Source: Candidatus Hermodarchaeota archaeon (GTDB lineage Archaea > Asgardarchaeota > Hermodarchaeia > Hermodarchaeales > Hermodarchaeaceae). From it: a stretch of 64,000 nucleotides of DNA. The notes below the pieces were generated by a model. That model worked only from the letters and a program-made list of their open reading frames with translations. It was not told the origin of the DNA and did not search any database. The DNA is taken from assembly GCA_016839805.1 (NCBI GenBank), contig JAEOTO010000003.1, positions 1 to 64,000 on the forward strand, read 5' to 3'. This document shows, piece after piece, positions 19,229 to 30,073 of this stretch (its first letter is position 1; every line of letters begins with the position of its first letter). The translations under genes and the position numbers were made by a program.

Positions 19229-19915
19229 TCAGAATTTCCTCCTAGCTTGTCGTGTGGGATTCTTGCCGGCAAGGTTTCTAGTTTTGGAAAGCAAAGCTAA
19301 GGGATTGTTAATTATTGCCGTTTTTGCGAGATTCTCTGGAATATTAATGAGGTAACCAATTGCTGCCAGATCTCGTGGAGCACGTAGTTCCCATTTGTTA
19401 GTTGCACCACTTGTCAGAATTAGTGAACATTTGGCTCGGACCAAATGATCCATTGCACTAGTCATAGCGCGTATTAGTTTGGAACGAGGGGGTCCATGAA
19501 ATGTAAGAAGCCCGTTAAGGCACACTTCAATAGGTTTCTTATGGGCAGCCATTGTGCGGGCTATTTGTGAATCAATGACTGTGAAATCTTCCATATCACG
19601 AATCATTATCATATCAACCATTGGAACTTCAGCAGTGGCTAACCAGATGGGTTTTGTCCGACTATGAATTACAAGTATCTCGGTTTGCCGGCGGTTTTTT
19701 CCAATATACTGTTTTAACCGGGCTGTAGAGCGCGGAGTCAAGGTCTGCCGTTGAATTAGTTTTAGTGGGCTATCAATAAGGTCTTGAGTTAAAGGAGTAG
19801 AAGAGTCCAGGGCAAGTCCACCAAATGTGAGATCCTGAGCCATCGCGACAAGGCTTTCTAGCTTCTTGTCGTTGTCTCGGGGATTGAATCGAACATGAAG
19901 ATCAAAGGTTCGCAT
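19229..19915 (-). CDS. rnp3: RNase P protein Rpp30
   Basis: FDLHV, LTSGA...ELRAPRDL; synteny. Confidence 0.88.
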   Translation of the reverse strand: MRTFDLHVRFNPRDNDKKLESLVAMAQDLTFGGLALDSSTPLTQDLIDSPLKLIQRQTLTPRSTARLKQYIGKNRRQTEILVIHSRTKPIWLATAEVPMVDMIMIRDMEDFTVIDSQIARTMAAHKKPIEVCLNGLLTFHGPPRSKLIRAMTSAMDHLVRAKCSLILTSGATNKWELRAPRDLAAIGYLINIPENLAKTAIINNPLALLSKTRNLAGKNPTRQARRKF

Positions 19916-19927
19916 TCTTTTCCTTCC

Positions 19928-20386
19928 CTAAATGAGATTGAACTTTTGACATTGTTTTTGTAGTTCACTGAGTTGGGGTTTCCTACCCGAGAACCGAACC
20001 ACTAAGCGAAGAGAATCGCCTCGATTAACTAAGCGCAGTTGTCCCTGATAAGATTCCTGTTTGTCAAATCGCAGAAAAAGTTGTCCCTTTTGATCAACTC
20101 GGTTTTCAAAGGTTAAAGCAAGTTTTGCTCGTTCTTCAGGCGGAAGACGTTGTCCAATCGAGTACAAGGCCTCTTTAACTGCTGTTCGCTGAGTTAATCG
20201 TGTTTCAATGTGGATTATCGGGTTATGGTAATATCCTCTCAGTTTTTTTTGTTTAAATGAGAGTGAGTCACGTATCTGTTGAGGGAAAAGCTTTTCGACA
20301 GCAGTTTTAACTTTCATTTCATCTTCTGTAGCTTGCACTAGTGCGTGGACAGTGATGCTGGACGGCTCCCGTTCCATTGTGGACAC
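19928..20386 (-). CDS. COG1325/DUF54 predicted RNA-binding protein
   Basis: VQATEDEMKV, GYYHNPI, LFLRFDKQ; synteny. Confidence 0.85.
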   Translation of the reverse strand: MSTMEREPSSITVHALVQATEDEMKVKTAVEKLFPQQIRDSLSFKQKKLRGYYHNPIIHIETRLTQRTAVKEALYSIGQRLPPEERAKLALTFENRVDQKGQLFLRFDKQESYQGQLRLVNRGDSLRLVVRFSGRKPQLSELQKQCQKFNLI

Positions 20387-20421
20387 AGGCTCGTCACATC
20401 CTCCTAATAATTTTGGGGCGT

Positions 20422-20997
20422 TTATTTGCCACGCCGACCATACTTTCTGATACTTGGGCGAAGTTTCTCTGCTCCAGTGCCACGATGCCGCAGACCTCGT
20501 GATGTTTTTCCTGATGGAGTTAAACCACGGAAGACTCGACCCTTCTGAGTAGAATCACAAATCCAGTTAATCCGTTGATCAGCTTGAATAGCAGGATGAG
20601 CCGGATCAACAAGAATAATTTCGTACCAGAGATTTTTCCCGTCCTCAGCGATATAGTACGACCCAAGAACTCGGAGATTGGGATACTTGCGTGAAGTACG
20701 TTCCTCAGCAATCCATTGACGGCTACGACTGGGTGTTATTTTGACTGTTCCCATTTTCTTTGGTTTTCGACCCATTGTTGGTCGTGGTTTGCGACGGGAA
20801 CCGCGAGTCACTCGTTGGCGTACTACAATAAAACCTTGTTTAGCCCTATAGCCAATTTGTCGAGCGCGATCTATGCGAGTGGGGCGATTTATGCGATGAG
20901 TTGCAGGTTCTTTCCGCCACTCGATGAGCCGCGAACGAATCAAGGCTTTCAACTCTTTATCATGGCTAGCATAGAGCTCGCCAATATGTTTGTACAT
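20422..20997 (-). CDS. rpl15e: 50S ribosomal protein L15e
   Basis: RPTRIDRARQIGYRAKQG, IAEER, RVFRGLT. Confidence 0.97.
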   Translation of the reverse strand: MYKHIGELYASHDKELKALIRSRLIEWRKEPATHRINRPTRIDRARQIGYRAKQGFIVVRQRVTRGSRRKPRPTMGRKPKKMGTVKITPSRSRQWIAEERTSRKYPNLRVLGSYYIAEDGKNLWYEIILVDPAHPAIQADQRINWICDSTQKGRVFRGLTPSGKTSRGLRHRGTGAEKLRPSIRKYGRRGK

Positions 20998-21061
20998 TGA
21001 TGTAGACGCCTCCGCGTGTAAGGGATAGCGAACCGCTATTGCATATAAAATTGTTATGCTG

Positions 21062-21994
21062 CTACTTGAGAAGAGCTATCAGCTTCTCAGCGATGACCAT
21101 AGAATTTGCCCGGGATGCTTCACTGGTTTGTGCACCAACATGAGGAGTAGACACCACATTAGGCAGGGCTATAAGTTTCTTAAGATGCGCATTCTCAAAG
21201 GGAGGTTCTTCGGAGAAAACATCAAGCCCTGCTCCCCCAAGATGCCCATCGACAAGGCCTTGGTAAAGAGCCTTCTCATCAACAACCCCACCTCTCGCCG
21301 TATTAATCAGAATTGCACCCTTTGGCAAAGCATTAATTTCATTAGTTCCGATAAGTCCCCGCGTTTTGGGAGTTAAGGGTACATGCACTGTAAACACATC
21401 AGACATTGTAACAAGCTCATCCGAAGGTAGATATTTTACACCTAATTGTTTCATTACATCGATTCGTTCGGGAAGAATATCAAAAGCATAAACGGACATT
21501 TCAAATGCCAAAGCACGTTTCGCAACTTCTTCGCCGATGAACCCAAATCCCCATATTCCTAATCGTCGTCCACGAAGTTCGCCACCTTTGCTGGCTTTTT
21601 TCAACCACTCACCCTGCCGCATACCCTGATCACCAAAGGCAACACGACGTAGTACACTCAAAGTTAACGCAAAAACCAACTCAGCAACTGAAACCGAGGG
21701 CCCCTCAGGGGAATTAATGACTTGGATCCCTTTCTCTAAAGCAAAGCCTCGGTCAACATTATCCAAGCCCACACCCGCCCGAGCAATTACCTTAAGAGAG
21801 CTTCCTGCAGTAATCACTTCTTGTGTGACTGTTGTGCGACCTCGGACAATTATTACATCAAACTCGCCAATTGACTCAATCAATTCTTCAGGAGCAATGT
21901 CGGTTCGAAGCACGAGGTCGAAGCCTTCGTTCTGGAGTTGTTCTATTGCATCCTCATGGATGGGATCAGCCACCAATATACGACCCTTAGCCAT
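21062..21994 (-). CDS. D-2-hydroxyacid dehydrogenase (SerA-like, no ACT domain)
   Basis: ARAGVGLDNVD, GFGFIG, INTARG, LDVF, TPHVGA. ATG at 21994. Confidence 0.88.
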   Translation of the reverse strand: MAKGRILVADPIHEDAIEQLQNEGFDLVLRTDIAPEELIESIGEFDVIIVRGRTTVTQEVITAGSSLKVIARAGVGLDNVDRGFALEKGIQVINSPEGPSVSVAELVFALTLSVLRRVAFGDQGMRQGEWLKKASKGGELRGRRLGIWGFGFIGEEVAKRALAFEMSVYAFDILPERIDVMKQLGVKYLPSDELVTMSDVFTVHVPLTPKTRGLIGTNEINALPKGAILINTARGGVVDEKALYQGLVDGHLGGAGLDVFSEEPPFENAHLKKLIALPNVVSTPHVGAQTSEASRANSMVIAEKLIALLK

Positions 21995-22123
21995 CTTTTT
22001 CACCAAATCTATTACATGGAAATAGCGCCTTACTGAAAGAAAGTAAGGAATGTTATCTCCCAATGCAGCAACCACTTTGATTTATTTGTTATCGTTATTA
22101 TTAGTGCGTGAGGATAGAATATC

Positions 22124-23332
22124 TTGCTGATTGGAATTGTCGGAAAACCCTCATCCGGTAAAAGCACTTTTCTCAACGCAGCATGCCGTACTGCAGCCAA
22201 AGTGGGAGCATACCCTTTCACAACAATTGACCCAAATCCCGGAACTGCATACGTTAAGATTGATTGTTTATGCCAAGAATTTGAGCTTACATGCAATCCT
22301 AAAAATTCCATTTGTCGAGAGGGAATTCGGTTAATTCCGGTTGACATGCTTGATGTCGCAGGTCTTGTTCCCGATGCCCATCTAGGAAGAGGTAGGGGAA
22401 ACCAGTTCCTGGATGACCTTCGACGGGCTGACGCATTCATTCATGTTGTGGATGCTTCCGGGTCCCTCGATGCTGAGGGTCGGGAAGTGGAACCTGGCTC
22501 TTGGGACCCTAGACAAGATGTTGAATTCCTGGAAAGAGAAATTAACATGTGGCTTGTCCAAATTCTACAACGCGATTGGCGTCGACTTTCTCGAAGAGCT
22601 GAAACGGAAAAACTCAAAATCAGTGCCTTATTAGGAGAAAAACTCTCAGGGTTACAAATTACTGAACCAACCATAAAAACCGCAATTCGCGATGCTGAAC
22701 TCAAAACTGATAAACCGACAGCGTGGAGCGATGAAGCTCTCGAACGTTTTGTCCAAAAAATACGAAAGCGTGCAAAACCGATGGTGATTGCTGCTAACAA
22801 GATTGATCGCCTGCAGGCATCAAATCATTTGGAAGCCCTTCGCCAATTAACCGACGAGGTTGTCATTCCTTGTAGTGCTGTTGGAGAATTTGCACTTCGC
22901 AATTTGAGTGAAAAGGGTATAATCAGTTACCAACCGGGAGCATCTAAATTTACAATCTTACAGCCAGATGCATTAGGTGAAACTGAACAAAACCAGTTAC
23001 GGCGATTACAGGATGAAATCTTGGATAAATATGGATCAACAGGTGTACAACAAGTGCTGAATACAATCGTCTTTGATATTCTTCAGCTCATCCCTGTTTA
23101 CCCTGTTGAGGATGCAGGAAAACTTACTGACCATGATGGAAACATTCTGCCTGATGTCTATCTTGTACCACAAGGAACCACCGCTCGCCAACTCGCTTAT
23201 AAAATCCATACCGATCTGGGTGAAACCTTCATCCACGCGCTTGATGCCAGAACGAAGAAGCGTTTGGCTGAAAATTATGAACTTAAGGCCAATGATGTGA
23301 TTCGAATCGTCGCAGCTGGTGCAACCCATTAG
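22124..23332 (+). CDS. ychF: Obg-family ATPase/GTPase YchF (archaeal type) with TGS domain
   Basis: GKPSSGKST, YPFTT, DVAGLV, NKID, IHTDL. Confidence 0.93.
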   Translation: MLIGIVGKPSSGKSTFLNAACRTAAKVGAYPFTTIDPNPGTAYVKIDCLCQEFELTCNPKNSICREGIRLIPVDMLDVAGLVPDAHLGRGRGNQFLDDLRRADAFIHVVDASGSLDAEGREVEPGSWDPRQDVEFLEREINMWLVQILQRDWRRLSRRAETEKLKISALLGEKLSGLQITEPTIKTAIRDAELKTDKPTAWSDEALERFVQKIRKRAKPMVIAANKIDRLQASNHLEALRQLTDEVVIPCSAVGEFALRNLSEKGIISYQPGASKFTILQPDALGETEQNQLRRLQDEILDKYGSTGVQQVLNTIVFDILQLIPVYPVEDAGKLTDHDGNILPDVYLVPQGTTARQLAYKIHTDLGETFIHALDARTKKRLAENYELKANDVIRIVAAGATH

Positions 23333-23335
23333 TCG

Positions 23336-23776
23336 TTAGTCCTCTCGCTCATAATGACCCCAAGACTTCTTCGAACCAAAACTTCTAACTCCCTTGGTAC
23401 GGAGTTGTTTTCGGATCTCACGAGCGTGTACTTCTGAGATTTCACCACGTTTTTCTAAAAACTCAATGACCTCTAAAGCTTCTTCTTCAGTTGTACAACG
23501 TCGGAGAAAATCTACTACATCAGGTGAGTACCCGGTATAAGGAGTTTTACTTGTTGAAATTGGTTGACGAGTTCTTTCAGTCTCTTCCCAGCGAACGCCG
23601 TCAATCCGGACATCCGTTTCTGAACGTTTCATTTCAGATGCTAAATGAGGAAGATGTTCTAGAACCTTTTCAGTTAAATCGGCAGTTTCAGATTCAACCG
23701 AATCATTAACTTCCCTTTCCATTTCAGGAGGCCCCCCATTTGAGTTCTTTTTTCCTTTTTTTCGCTTCGGGGTCAT
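23336..23776 (-). CDS. DUF2095-family protein
   Basis: PHLASE, PDVVDFLRRC...ALEVIEFLEKRGEI...GVRSFG. Confidence 0.8.
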   Translation of the reverse strand: MTPKRKKGKKNSNGGPPEMEREVNDSVESETADLTEKVLEHLPHLASEMKRSETDVRIDGVRWEETERTRQPISTSKTPYTGYSPDVVDFLRRCTTEEEALEVIEFLEKRGEISEVHAREIRKQLRTKGVRSFGSKKSWGHYERED

Positions 23777-23804
23777 AAGTTCGGCTCCTGTAAAGGGATA
23801 TTAA

Positions 23805-25376
23805 TTACTCAGAGTCTATCTTAGCAAATCGCTGCAATAAAATATTCCGTTTTATCCCGACATCTATTCTATCCCAGGCGAAGTAAGCATCTGTCGGATA
23901 ATCAGCTGTTGCCAGGGTCTCAAGATTCATCCCTATCTGGTTAGCCATTCGAAACCATGTTCCTGCGGTAGCAGGAGAAGCCTGTGCAACTGCAAGGATT
24001 ACTGGCGCTAAGTCACTTGTTCCACGAGAAATTGCAGTTTGTATGATGCTCCATCGTGGATTTGGTATATCTAATTGAATTCGACCTAATCGTCGAAGCT
24101 TCTGTATTAGACCTAGCCGTTTCTTGAGAGTTTTCAATGGCGTTAGACCTACCCATTGGTAGGGAGTATGCGGTTTGGGAATAAATGGGGCAACACTCAC
24201 ATGAAGGCGATGGCGTTGAGGAGAAATTTGAAGGAGGTTGGCACAAAATTGGATAATTGCTTGAATATCTTCATCTGTTTCAGTAGGCAATCCAACCATG
24301 AAGTAGAGTTTGAATAGATTAAACCCTGCACTGATAGCAGCACAAAATGTTGATTTGAAGGTTTCATCCGGAATGGCTTTTCCTAACACTGTCCGGAGTC
24401 GTTCAGAGCCGGCTTCAGGGGCAAAAGTGAGAGTGCGTTGACCACCTTGTTGGATTAAATCTAGTATTTCTTGGTTAGATAAATCCGCCCGAAGTGAGGG
24501 AACCGATAATTGCCTGCCTTCATGTACTATCATCTCTAGAATAGCTGGAAGACTTGTATGGTCGGTAAACCCAGATGCTAGCAAGGCAACCTTTTCGACC
24601 CCAGAACATTGTGTGCCCTCCTCGACAAGGCGTGAAAGCGTAGCAAGGGTGCGTTCGCGTCGTGGACCACATTGATAGGTTGTGAGACAAAAGTGACACC
24701 GCCGGTCACAACCTCGAGATATCTCAACTAAGAGACTTTGTCCAAATGTGGGTTCGAGTTCTGGTGGATGAGGAGATTCAGGCAACACTTGACAAGTAGG
24801 ATGAAAAGCTTCATCGAGATCAGATAAGAAGGCCCGTTTAACCTCCACTCGTTCTGGGAGAAGGAAATGTTCACCCAAAAGCGAGTCGAAGTCTGATCGA
24901 CCTTGAGCAGCAATTAGGGCATCAAGTAGCTGATGATACACAGGTTCGATATCACCAATGTGAAATATGTCAACAAAGGGAGCCATAGGAAAGGGATTAG
25001 ACATGACACATGGACCACCCGCGATAACCCATGGCCGTTTTCGATCTTTCCACCGGGGTGAAATCCCAGATAAAATAAGCATTTCAAGGGCATGAACATA
25101 ATCGGTCTCGAATTGAAACGAGAACGCAATAACATCAAACTTCGATAAAGTTTGTCCCGATTCAAGAGACCGGGGAACTTCTCCAGGAACATAGAAAACC
25201 CGTTCACAAGCGACATCAGGACGGGCATTAAAGAGGGCATAAAGCAAATGAACAGCGAGGCTGGTCATCCCTACACGGTAAGCATTCGGATAACATAGGG
25301 CAATATGGAGACGCACCTTCCGCCAATCCTTCAACACCACATTGCGTTCCCGAAATCCCGTTGGCATTGATACCAC
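23805..25376 (-). CDS. Radical SAM protein
   Basis: YPNAYRVGM, EISRGCDRRCHFC (CxxxCxxC), APEAGSERLR, YFMVGLPTE, FIPKPHTP. Confidence 0.9.
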   Translation of the reverse strand: MVSMPTGFRERNVVLKDWRKVRLHIALCYPNAYRVGMTSLAVHLLYALFNARPDVACERVFYVPGEVPRSLESGQTLSKFDVIAFSFQFETDYVHALEMLILSGISPRWKDRKRPWVIAGGPCVMSNPFPMAPFVDIFHIGDIEPVYHQLLDALIAAQGRSDFDSLLGEHFLLPERVEVKRAFLSDLDEAFHPTCQVLPESPHPPELEPTFGQSLLVEISRGCDRRCHFCLTTYQCGPRRERTLATLSRLVEEGTQCSGVEKVALLASGFTDHTSLPAILEMIVHEGRQLSVPSLRADLSNQEILDLIQQGGQRTLTFAPEAGSERLRTVLGKAIPDETFKSTFCAAISAGFNLFKLYFMVGLPTETDEDIQAIIQFCANLLQISPQRHRLHVSVAPFIPKPHTPYQWVGLTPLKTLKKRLGLIQKLRRLGRIQLDIPNPRWSIIQTAISRGTSDLAPVILAVAQASPATAGTWFRMANQIGMNLETLATADYPTDAYFAWDRIDVGIKRNILLQRFAKIDSE

Positions 25377-25527
25377 GTCATTTACTAAGATAGAATTCTA
25401 TTTCTTATCAAAAGACTCATTCTCTGTCATAGCCCAGCTTCCCCGTTACAAAAGCTTGCCGACTATGAAATAAAAGGAGGGAAAGAGATCCCGAGTGTCA
25501 ATATACATACAGAAATGAATCCAACAT

Positions 25528-25812
25528 CTAGTCGGTGGATAATTGAAGGAGGGAGTGAAGAGAAGGTGATTCCACAGCGATCCGTCCTTTCATAGATTCG
25601 AGCTCTGCGAGGAACTCTCGCAAGACCTTTGCACGTTTGAAGACGCGGACAATACCTAGTTCGGTGATACGCAATACTGCCAAACGATTCATGACCTCTA
25701 CATAAATGCCGCCAAGATACAAATCATGTTTCAGAAAGATGCGCCGCCCGGTTTCATTCTCTGCATTTCGGGCTTTCCAAAACCCTTGCCGCTGGAGTGT
25801 TCGAGCAAACAT
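25528..25812 (-). CDS. Small hypothetical protein
   Basis: 94-aa ORF filling a gap, with a GAGGG SD-like motif upstream; no recognised family. Confidence 0.55.
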   Translation of the reverse strand: MFARTLQRQGFWKARNAENETGRRIFLKHDLYLGGIYVEVMNRLAVLRITELGIVRVFKRAKVLREFLAELESMKGRIAVESPSLHSLLQLSTD

Positions 25813-26114
25813 ACTAGCCAGACCCTCGCTAGTAGGCGTATTAATTGCTAATAAGGCTTACCGGTTCGCTTTTCCATAAAACCGTTTTAAGTCGGTTTGA
25901 TTTTGAACGAAAGTTATTAGATAAACAATAGCTTTCAAACCTCATTAAAAAGCAGAACACCGGAATTCAAGGTTGCATAAAAACCTGCTATTATCTGGAT
26001 AATATGCGCGCGCATAAAGGAGGTATTATCACCTCTTCGTAGTATTTGAATTAGTAGAAGAATAATGCTATCAATTCTTTTACAATTGATTACGCATGAA
26101 AAAAAATTGAGGTG

Positions 26115-26699
26115 TTAAGCCGTAGGTTGGGCTAACAATTTGCTTTTACGAATCTCACTTTTACGCAAGGGAAAAATTGCCTTAGCCTTATTATAGATAT
26201 CACTACCCATTTTACCAAGTACGCATTCTTGGATGAAAGCATCGAAATTGAGTCGTTTAGCTCGTCTGGTGATGACTTTTTCCATAATCTCTCGAATTGC
26301 GGATTGCTGCGTGGTTTTAGCCCGACGTACGGGAAAGGCGATGGCATAGATGCGGATCATATAATCATCCTTAGTTGTGATATTGAAAATTCCATCAATG
26401 CGACTACTTCCTCGGCGGATCAGGCTGCGGAGATAATCGCGGGTAAAATCATGACCAGCAAAATGAGTGTATGCTTTGTCGCCTTTTACTTCGTTTACCT
26501 GAAAATAGAGTTTGATATGAATTTGGTTAAAGTCACCGGAAATCGCGTAGAGAGTGGTTTCAACTTTTCGACCAACAAGGTATTTGGGATTTGCGGCGGG
26601 TGTGCCTCCTATCTCCACGTTACCGAATGCCGAAGGTGCAACCATCGTATACCAACGTTTTTCACGCCATTTATCTCGAACTCGTGATGGACGACTCAT
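26115..26699 (-). CDS. rps3ae: 30S ribosomal protein S3Ae (eS1)
   Basis: DKWREKRWY, DYLRSLIRRGSSRID, IFPLR. Confidence 0.96.
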   Translation of the reverse strand: MSRPSRVRDKWREKRWYTMVAPSAFGNVEIGGTPAANPKYLVGRKVETTLYAISGDFNQIHIKLYFQVNEVKGDKAYTHFAGHDFTRDYLRSLIRRGSSRIDGIFNITTKDDYMIRIYAIAFPVRRAKTTQQSAIREIMEKVITRRAKRLNFDAFIQECVLGKMGSDIYNKAKAIFPLRKSEIRKSKLLAQPTA

Positions 26700-26759
26700 T
26701 CTTGGTAACCTTGTTTTAGATAGTCTTTATAGAGCGTGAAGGGCAAAGACCGATTGCGG

Positions 26760-28256
26760 CTATTTAATTGTTTCCTCATTCTCAGAATTTTTTCCAACGC
26801 CTTCTGCCACTTTCATTCGTCCTAATTGTTTCCGTAGAATGTGTTCGATGATTTGTAAAAATCGTTCTTCCTGTCCCCGAGGAATCGTTGCTCCAGCAGC
26901 AATATTATGTCCGCCTCCTTCTGAACCACTTCCGATTTCCTCAGCTGCGAGCCGCATGGCTTTTCCAAGATCTGCTCCGGCTTCTACGATAGGTTGAGTT
27001 GTGCGAGCTGAAACTTTAACACGCCCATCTCGTGAATAAACAAAGGCTACGACAGGTTTTGACCAGTCTAAGATTCTGGAATTCAGGGCCATTCCTGCTA
27101 TGGAACCAACAATTGTGTCTGGAATCCGGTTTTGAGCATGAAAGGTTTGTAATAATTTCCGAGCTGTTACTGCCTCGGAGTCAGCGGTTAGCCATTGGAG
27201 ACCCAGTGCAAGTTGTTCTCGATATTCTTTGAGTATATTTTCAGCTTTTCGATACAGAGCTCTCCGGTCTCCCATACAAATAGCCACACCAATCCCGCCT
27301 TGATTGGAACGCCCAGTGGAATTAAGAAGCGTCGCAAACATCCGTGCATCACGGAGATAACTTCCCTTCTCTTCCTGCGTTAAGGTAAATACAACACCAA
27401 TAAGAGATTGTGCTTCATGTGGTGGAATGTTTTTTTTGAGCATATAGGTGATAAGAGAAGTGTTCAATTGACGTTTTTCATCTTTTGAGAGAGAGGCAAA
27501 GGTTCGCCATTCGTCACCCTCACGAAGTTCAATATCAAGGTCGGCCAGGAAATTGAGTGCACCTTCAGGGTCATTACTGATTCCAGGAATATATGGATCA
27601 CTACAATATTGAAGAGCGACATGAATGGGTCGCGTTTCACGACCAAAGATACGCATATCAATAGAGCGATCCACGACACCTGCAGCTTTAGCGTCTTCTA
27701 CGATAATTTCCTTATTCAACCCGACGAGGTCATGCTGTTTACCCCGGTCCTGTATATCCCCAAGTGCACCTACCACGGCTAACGCCGCTAAATCTTCATT
27801 AGAACCACCTAAATGACGCGCCACTAAATAGGCGGTACCCGCCCCAGATATTTCAAATGTACCGTCAAAGCCAAATTCGTGAGGGTTAAATTGACGAATG
27901 TTAGGAGGAACTTTGTTACCTGAGGGAGGATGATGATCAAGGATTACAACCTCCCACTTTTCTAAAGCCTCTTTGATATGATGAAGTTGTCCACTGCCCA
28001 AATCACAAAAAACGTATCGACCTGGACCATTAGCAGCTAATTCGGCGAGATAAATTTGATCTAGTTGTCGAGTAATCCGAAGATGAATCGGCGTATTTCG
28101 TCGAGCCAATGCAGATCCGATTATTCCTGCTGCAGATAGCCCATCAGCATCTAAATGTGAGGTAACAAAAACGGGCTCGTTGGCTTCGATCCATTCGTTA
28201 ATACGACCAGCTGTCGCATCAGCATTTTCCAAAAGGTGATCCAAATTTTTTGTCAA
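26760..28256 (-). CDS. RecJ-like DHH family exonuclease
   Basis: SHLDADG, CDLGSG, LDHH, GDIQD, GGGHNIAAG; conserved S15-RecJ-S3Ae synteny. Confidence 0.9.
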   Translation of the reverse strand: MTKNLDHLLENADATAGRINEWIEANEPVFVTSHLDADGLSAAGIIGSALARRNTPIHLRITRQLDQIYLAELAANGPGRYVFCDLGSGQLHHIKEALEKWEVVILDHHPPSGNKVPPNIRQFNPHEFGFDGTFEISGAGTAYLVARHLGGSNEDLAALAVVGALGDIQDRGKQHDLVGLNKEIIVEDAKAAGVVDRSIDMRIFGRETRPIHVALQYCSDPYIPGISNDPEGALNFLADLDIELREGDEWRTFASLSKDEKRQLNTSLITYMLKKNIPPHEAQSLIGVVFTLTQEEKGSYLRDARMFATLLNSTGRSNQGGIGVAICMGDRRALYRKAENILKEYREQLALGLQWLTADSEAVTARKLLQTFHAQNRIPDTIVGSIAGMALNSRILDWSKPVVAFVYSRDGRVKVSARTTQPIVEAGADLGKAMRLAAEEIGSGSEGGGHNIAAGATIPRGQEERFLQIIEHILRKQLGRMKVAEGVGKNSENEETIK

Positions 28257-28282
28257 GGAAATCAGCCAACAGCCTTATGCGC

Positions 28283-28738
28283 CTAGCGAATGAGCAGCGC
28301 AGCTTGCTCTGGCGTGTATTTCCAATCTTGAGGGAGAACACCCTGTCGCCGATAATATTTCACTAGGCGGCGAATTTTGCTTTCAATTAGGCGAAGCCCA
28401 TAACGCGAGTGAAGGTCCTTCTTTGATTCTTCAAGGTGCCTGCGAAGCGAAATGGCCCGACTGATGAGGTGAAATAGGTCTTCAGGGACTTTAAGTGATT
28501 GCTCATTTTCATTGAGAACTTGAGTTATTGTCTTACCAGTTATTGCTTTGACAAGCGGAATTCCATATCTATCTCGAAGGATGAGCCCAATCATGGATGG
28601 TTGGTTGCCTTCCTTTACTAGTTTCACCACCAGCTCTTCTACCTCTTCTGGGGTTCGTTGACACCAATCAGGGGTTTCGAGTCGAATGGGACGTTTCGAA
28701 TGGGATTTTCCTTTTCGTGGTGAATGCATTCGAGCCAT
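28283..28738 (-). CDS. rps15: 30S ribosomal protein S15 (uS15)
   Basis: [22 protein letters not shown]. Confidence 0.97.
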   Translation of the reverse strand: MARMHSPRKGKSHSKRPIRLETPDWCQRTPEEVEELVVKLVKEGNQPSMIGLILRDRYGIPLVKAITGKTITQVLNENEQSLKVPEDLFHLISRAISLRRHLEESKKDLHSRYGLRLIESKIRRLVKYYRRQGVLPQDWKYTPEQAALLIR

Positions 28739-28840
28739 TTGTTACACCTATGTTTAGGGGTGGGACCAGTACTCTTTCACAGGTATAGGTACAAACCACC
28801 GGAGAGCAGGAGAGAACAACGCTATTTAATTCTATCCCTG

Positions 28841-29419
28841 TTATGTGGAACCGCCATCGCGCTCTAGCATCCAATTCGCAAATTTCGCCATAGACTTTGC
28901 ACGGTGTGACACCCGGTTTTTCATCTCAATTGGCATTTCAGCATATGTAGACCCGTCACCCTCCTGGGGAATGAAGATCGGATCAAATCCCCAATGGGTC
29001 CCACGCAAACGACGACTAATTGATCCCAAGGTCCGACCTTCAAAAAGTGTTATTTCCTGACCGGGTTCACCATAAGCAATGACGCTGCGAAACACGGCGG
29101 TTCGGTCCTTGACACCTTCCATGAGTTTAAGGATGCCAGGGTTACTGATTGTGTGAAGAACATAAGAAGAGTAGGGCCCGGGAAACCCATTATAGTGATA
29201 GATGAACATACCTGCATCTTCAACGAATAAGGCTTGATTGACTTCCTGTAGAGCCTGTACACAACTGTGACGTGCGATATTGTGCAATGATTTCGATTGG
29301 ATTTCTGTGGGACGATGAGAATGCTGTTTAATGTTGATTCCAACATGTTTCAATATACTCTGAGCCTCAGAGAATTTGTTTTTATTTCCTGTGACAAAGA
29401 GTAATGATGTTTGTGTCAA
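28841..29419 (-). CDS. rdgB: XTP/dITP diphosphatase (Ham1/RdgB)
   Basis: FVTGNKNK, EDAG, GFPGPY, GFDPIF, SHR. Confidence 0.95.
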   Translation of the reverse strand: MTQTSLLFVTGNKNKFSEAQSILKHVGINIKQHSHRPTEIQSKSLHNIARHSCVQALQEVNQALFVEDAGMFIYHYNGFPGPYSSYVLHTISNPGILKLMEGVKDRTAVFRSVIAYGEPGQEITLFEGRTLGSISRRLRGTHWGFDPIFIPQEGDGSTYAEMPIEMKNRVSHRAKSMAKFANWMLERDGGST

Positions 29420-29425
29420 GATGAT

Positions 29426-30070
29426 TCACCCTATACGTTCTGTTATGTATCGTCCTCGGCTTTCGATCGCATTTACCTTTTGAAAGATTTCAGCGGCACC
29501 TTTTCCATAGGTGGCTAAATAACCTTTTTTGAATGCGTTATAGGAATCTTCCCAATAAGTAAAATGTGTGCTCTGGAGGGCTTGTTTGAGTAGATGTAAG
29601 TCAGTGCCAAAATCTTCGATGTTCTGAGTGTATGCAGCGAGACCAAAATCGATGAAATAAATACCGATTTGAGAATGTATTAGCATGTTAGATGTGGTCA
29701 AATCGCCATGCGTTATTTGATTTTGGTGCAAGCGTGCAACCGAGTTACCAATTTTCCGAAATATCTTTTGACGTTTTGCAGAAGGCAATTCGGGTAAGGA
29801 TTCCTTCAAACGTTTATTTGAAATAAATTCCATAACGATGGTCGCTGTATTCAAGTCGATGTTAAATACAATTGGAGTTGGAACGCCTGCACTCCGAGCA
29901 GCTGATAGTAGACGCGCTTCGCGGACTGTTCGTTGGTTACGGATTGAAGCGTCTATCTGTGGAAGGCGATAGCGCTTCGGGAGGCGATGTTTACGAATGA
30001 CTTGGAATCCGTACCAGTTTTCTAAGTAAAGGCACGCTTCTGCTCCCTTAGCGATGAGTTTTGATGAAAT
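29426..30070 (-). CDS. bud32: KEOPS kinase Bud32 (non-canonical ATT/ATC start, or readthrough from kae1)
   Basis: The frame stays open upstream of the ORF-track start up to 30073 and encodes LIAKGAEA...KHRLPKRYR...RTVREARLL...GVPTP. HGDLTTSN and IDFGL lie downstream. Confidence 0.92.
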   Translation of the reverse strand: MSSKLIAKGAEACLYLENWYGFQVIRKHRLPKRYRLPQIDASIRNQRTVREARLLSAARSAGVPTPIVFNIDLNTATIVMEFISNKRLKESLPELPSAKRQKIFRKIGNSVARLHQNQITHGDLTTSNMLIHSQIGIYFIDFGLAAYTQNIEDFGTDLHLLKQALQSTHFTYWEDSYNAFKKGYLATYGKGAAEIFQKVNAIESRGRYITERIG

Positions 30071-30073
30071 GAT

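Noticed and set aside
25813-26114. Cdc6-type replication origin
   Set aside because: No ORB-like repeats with G-strings and no cdc6/orc1 gene nearby
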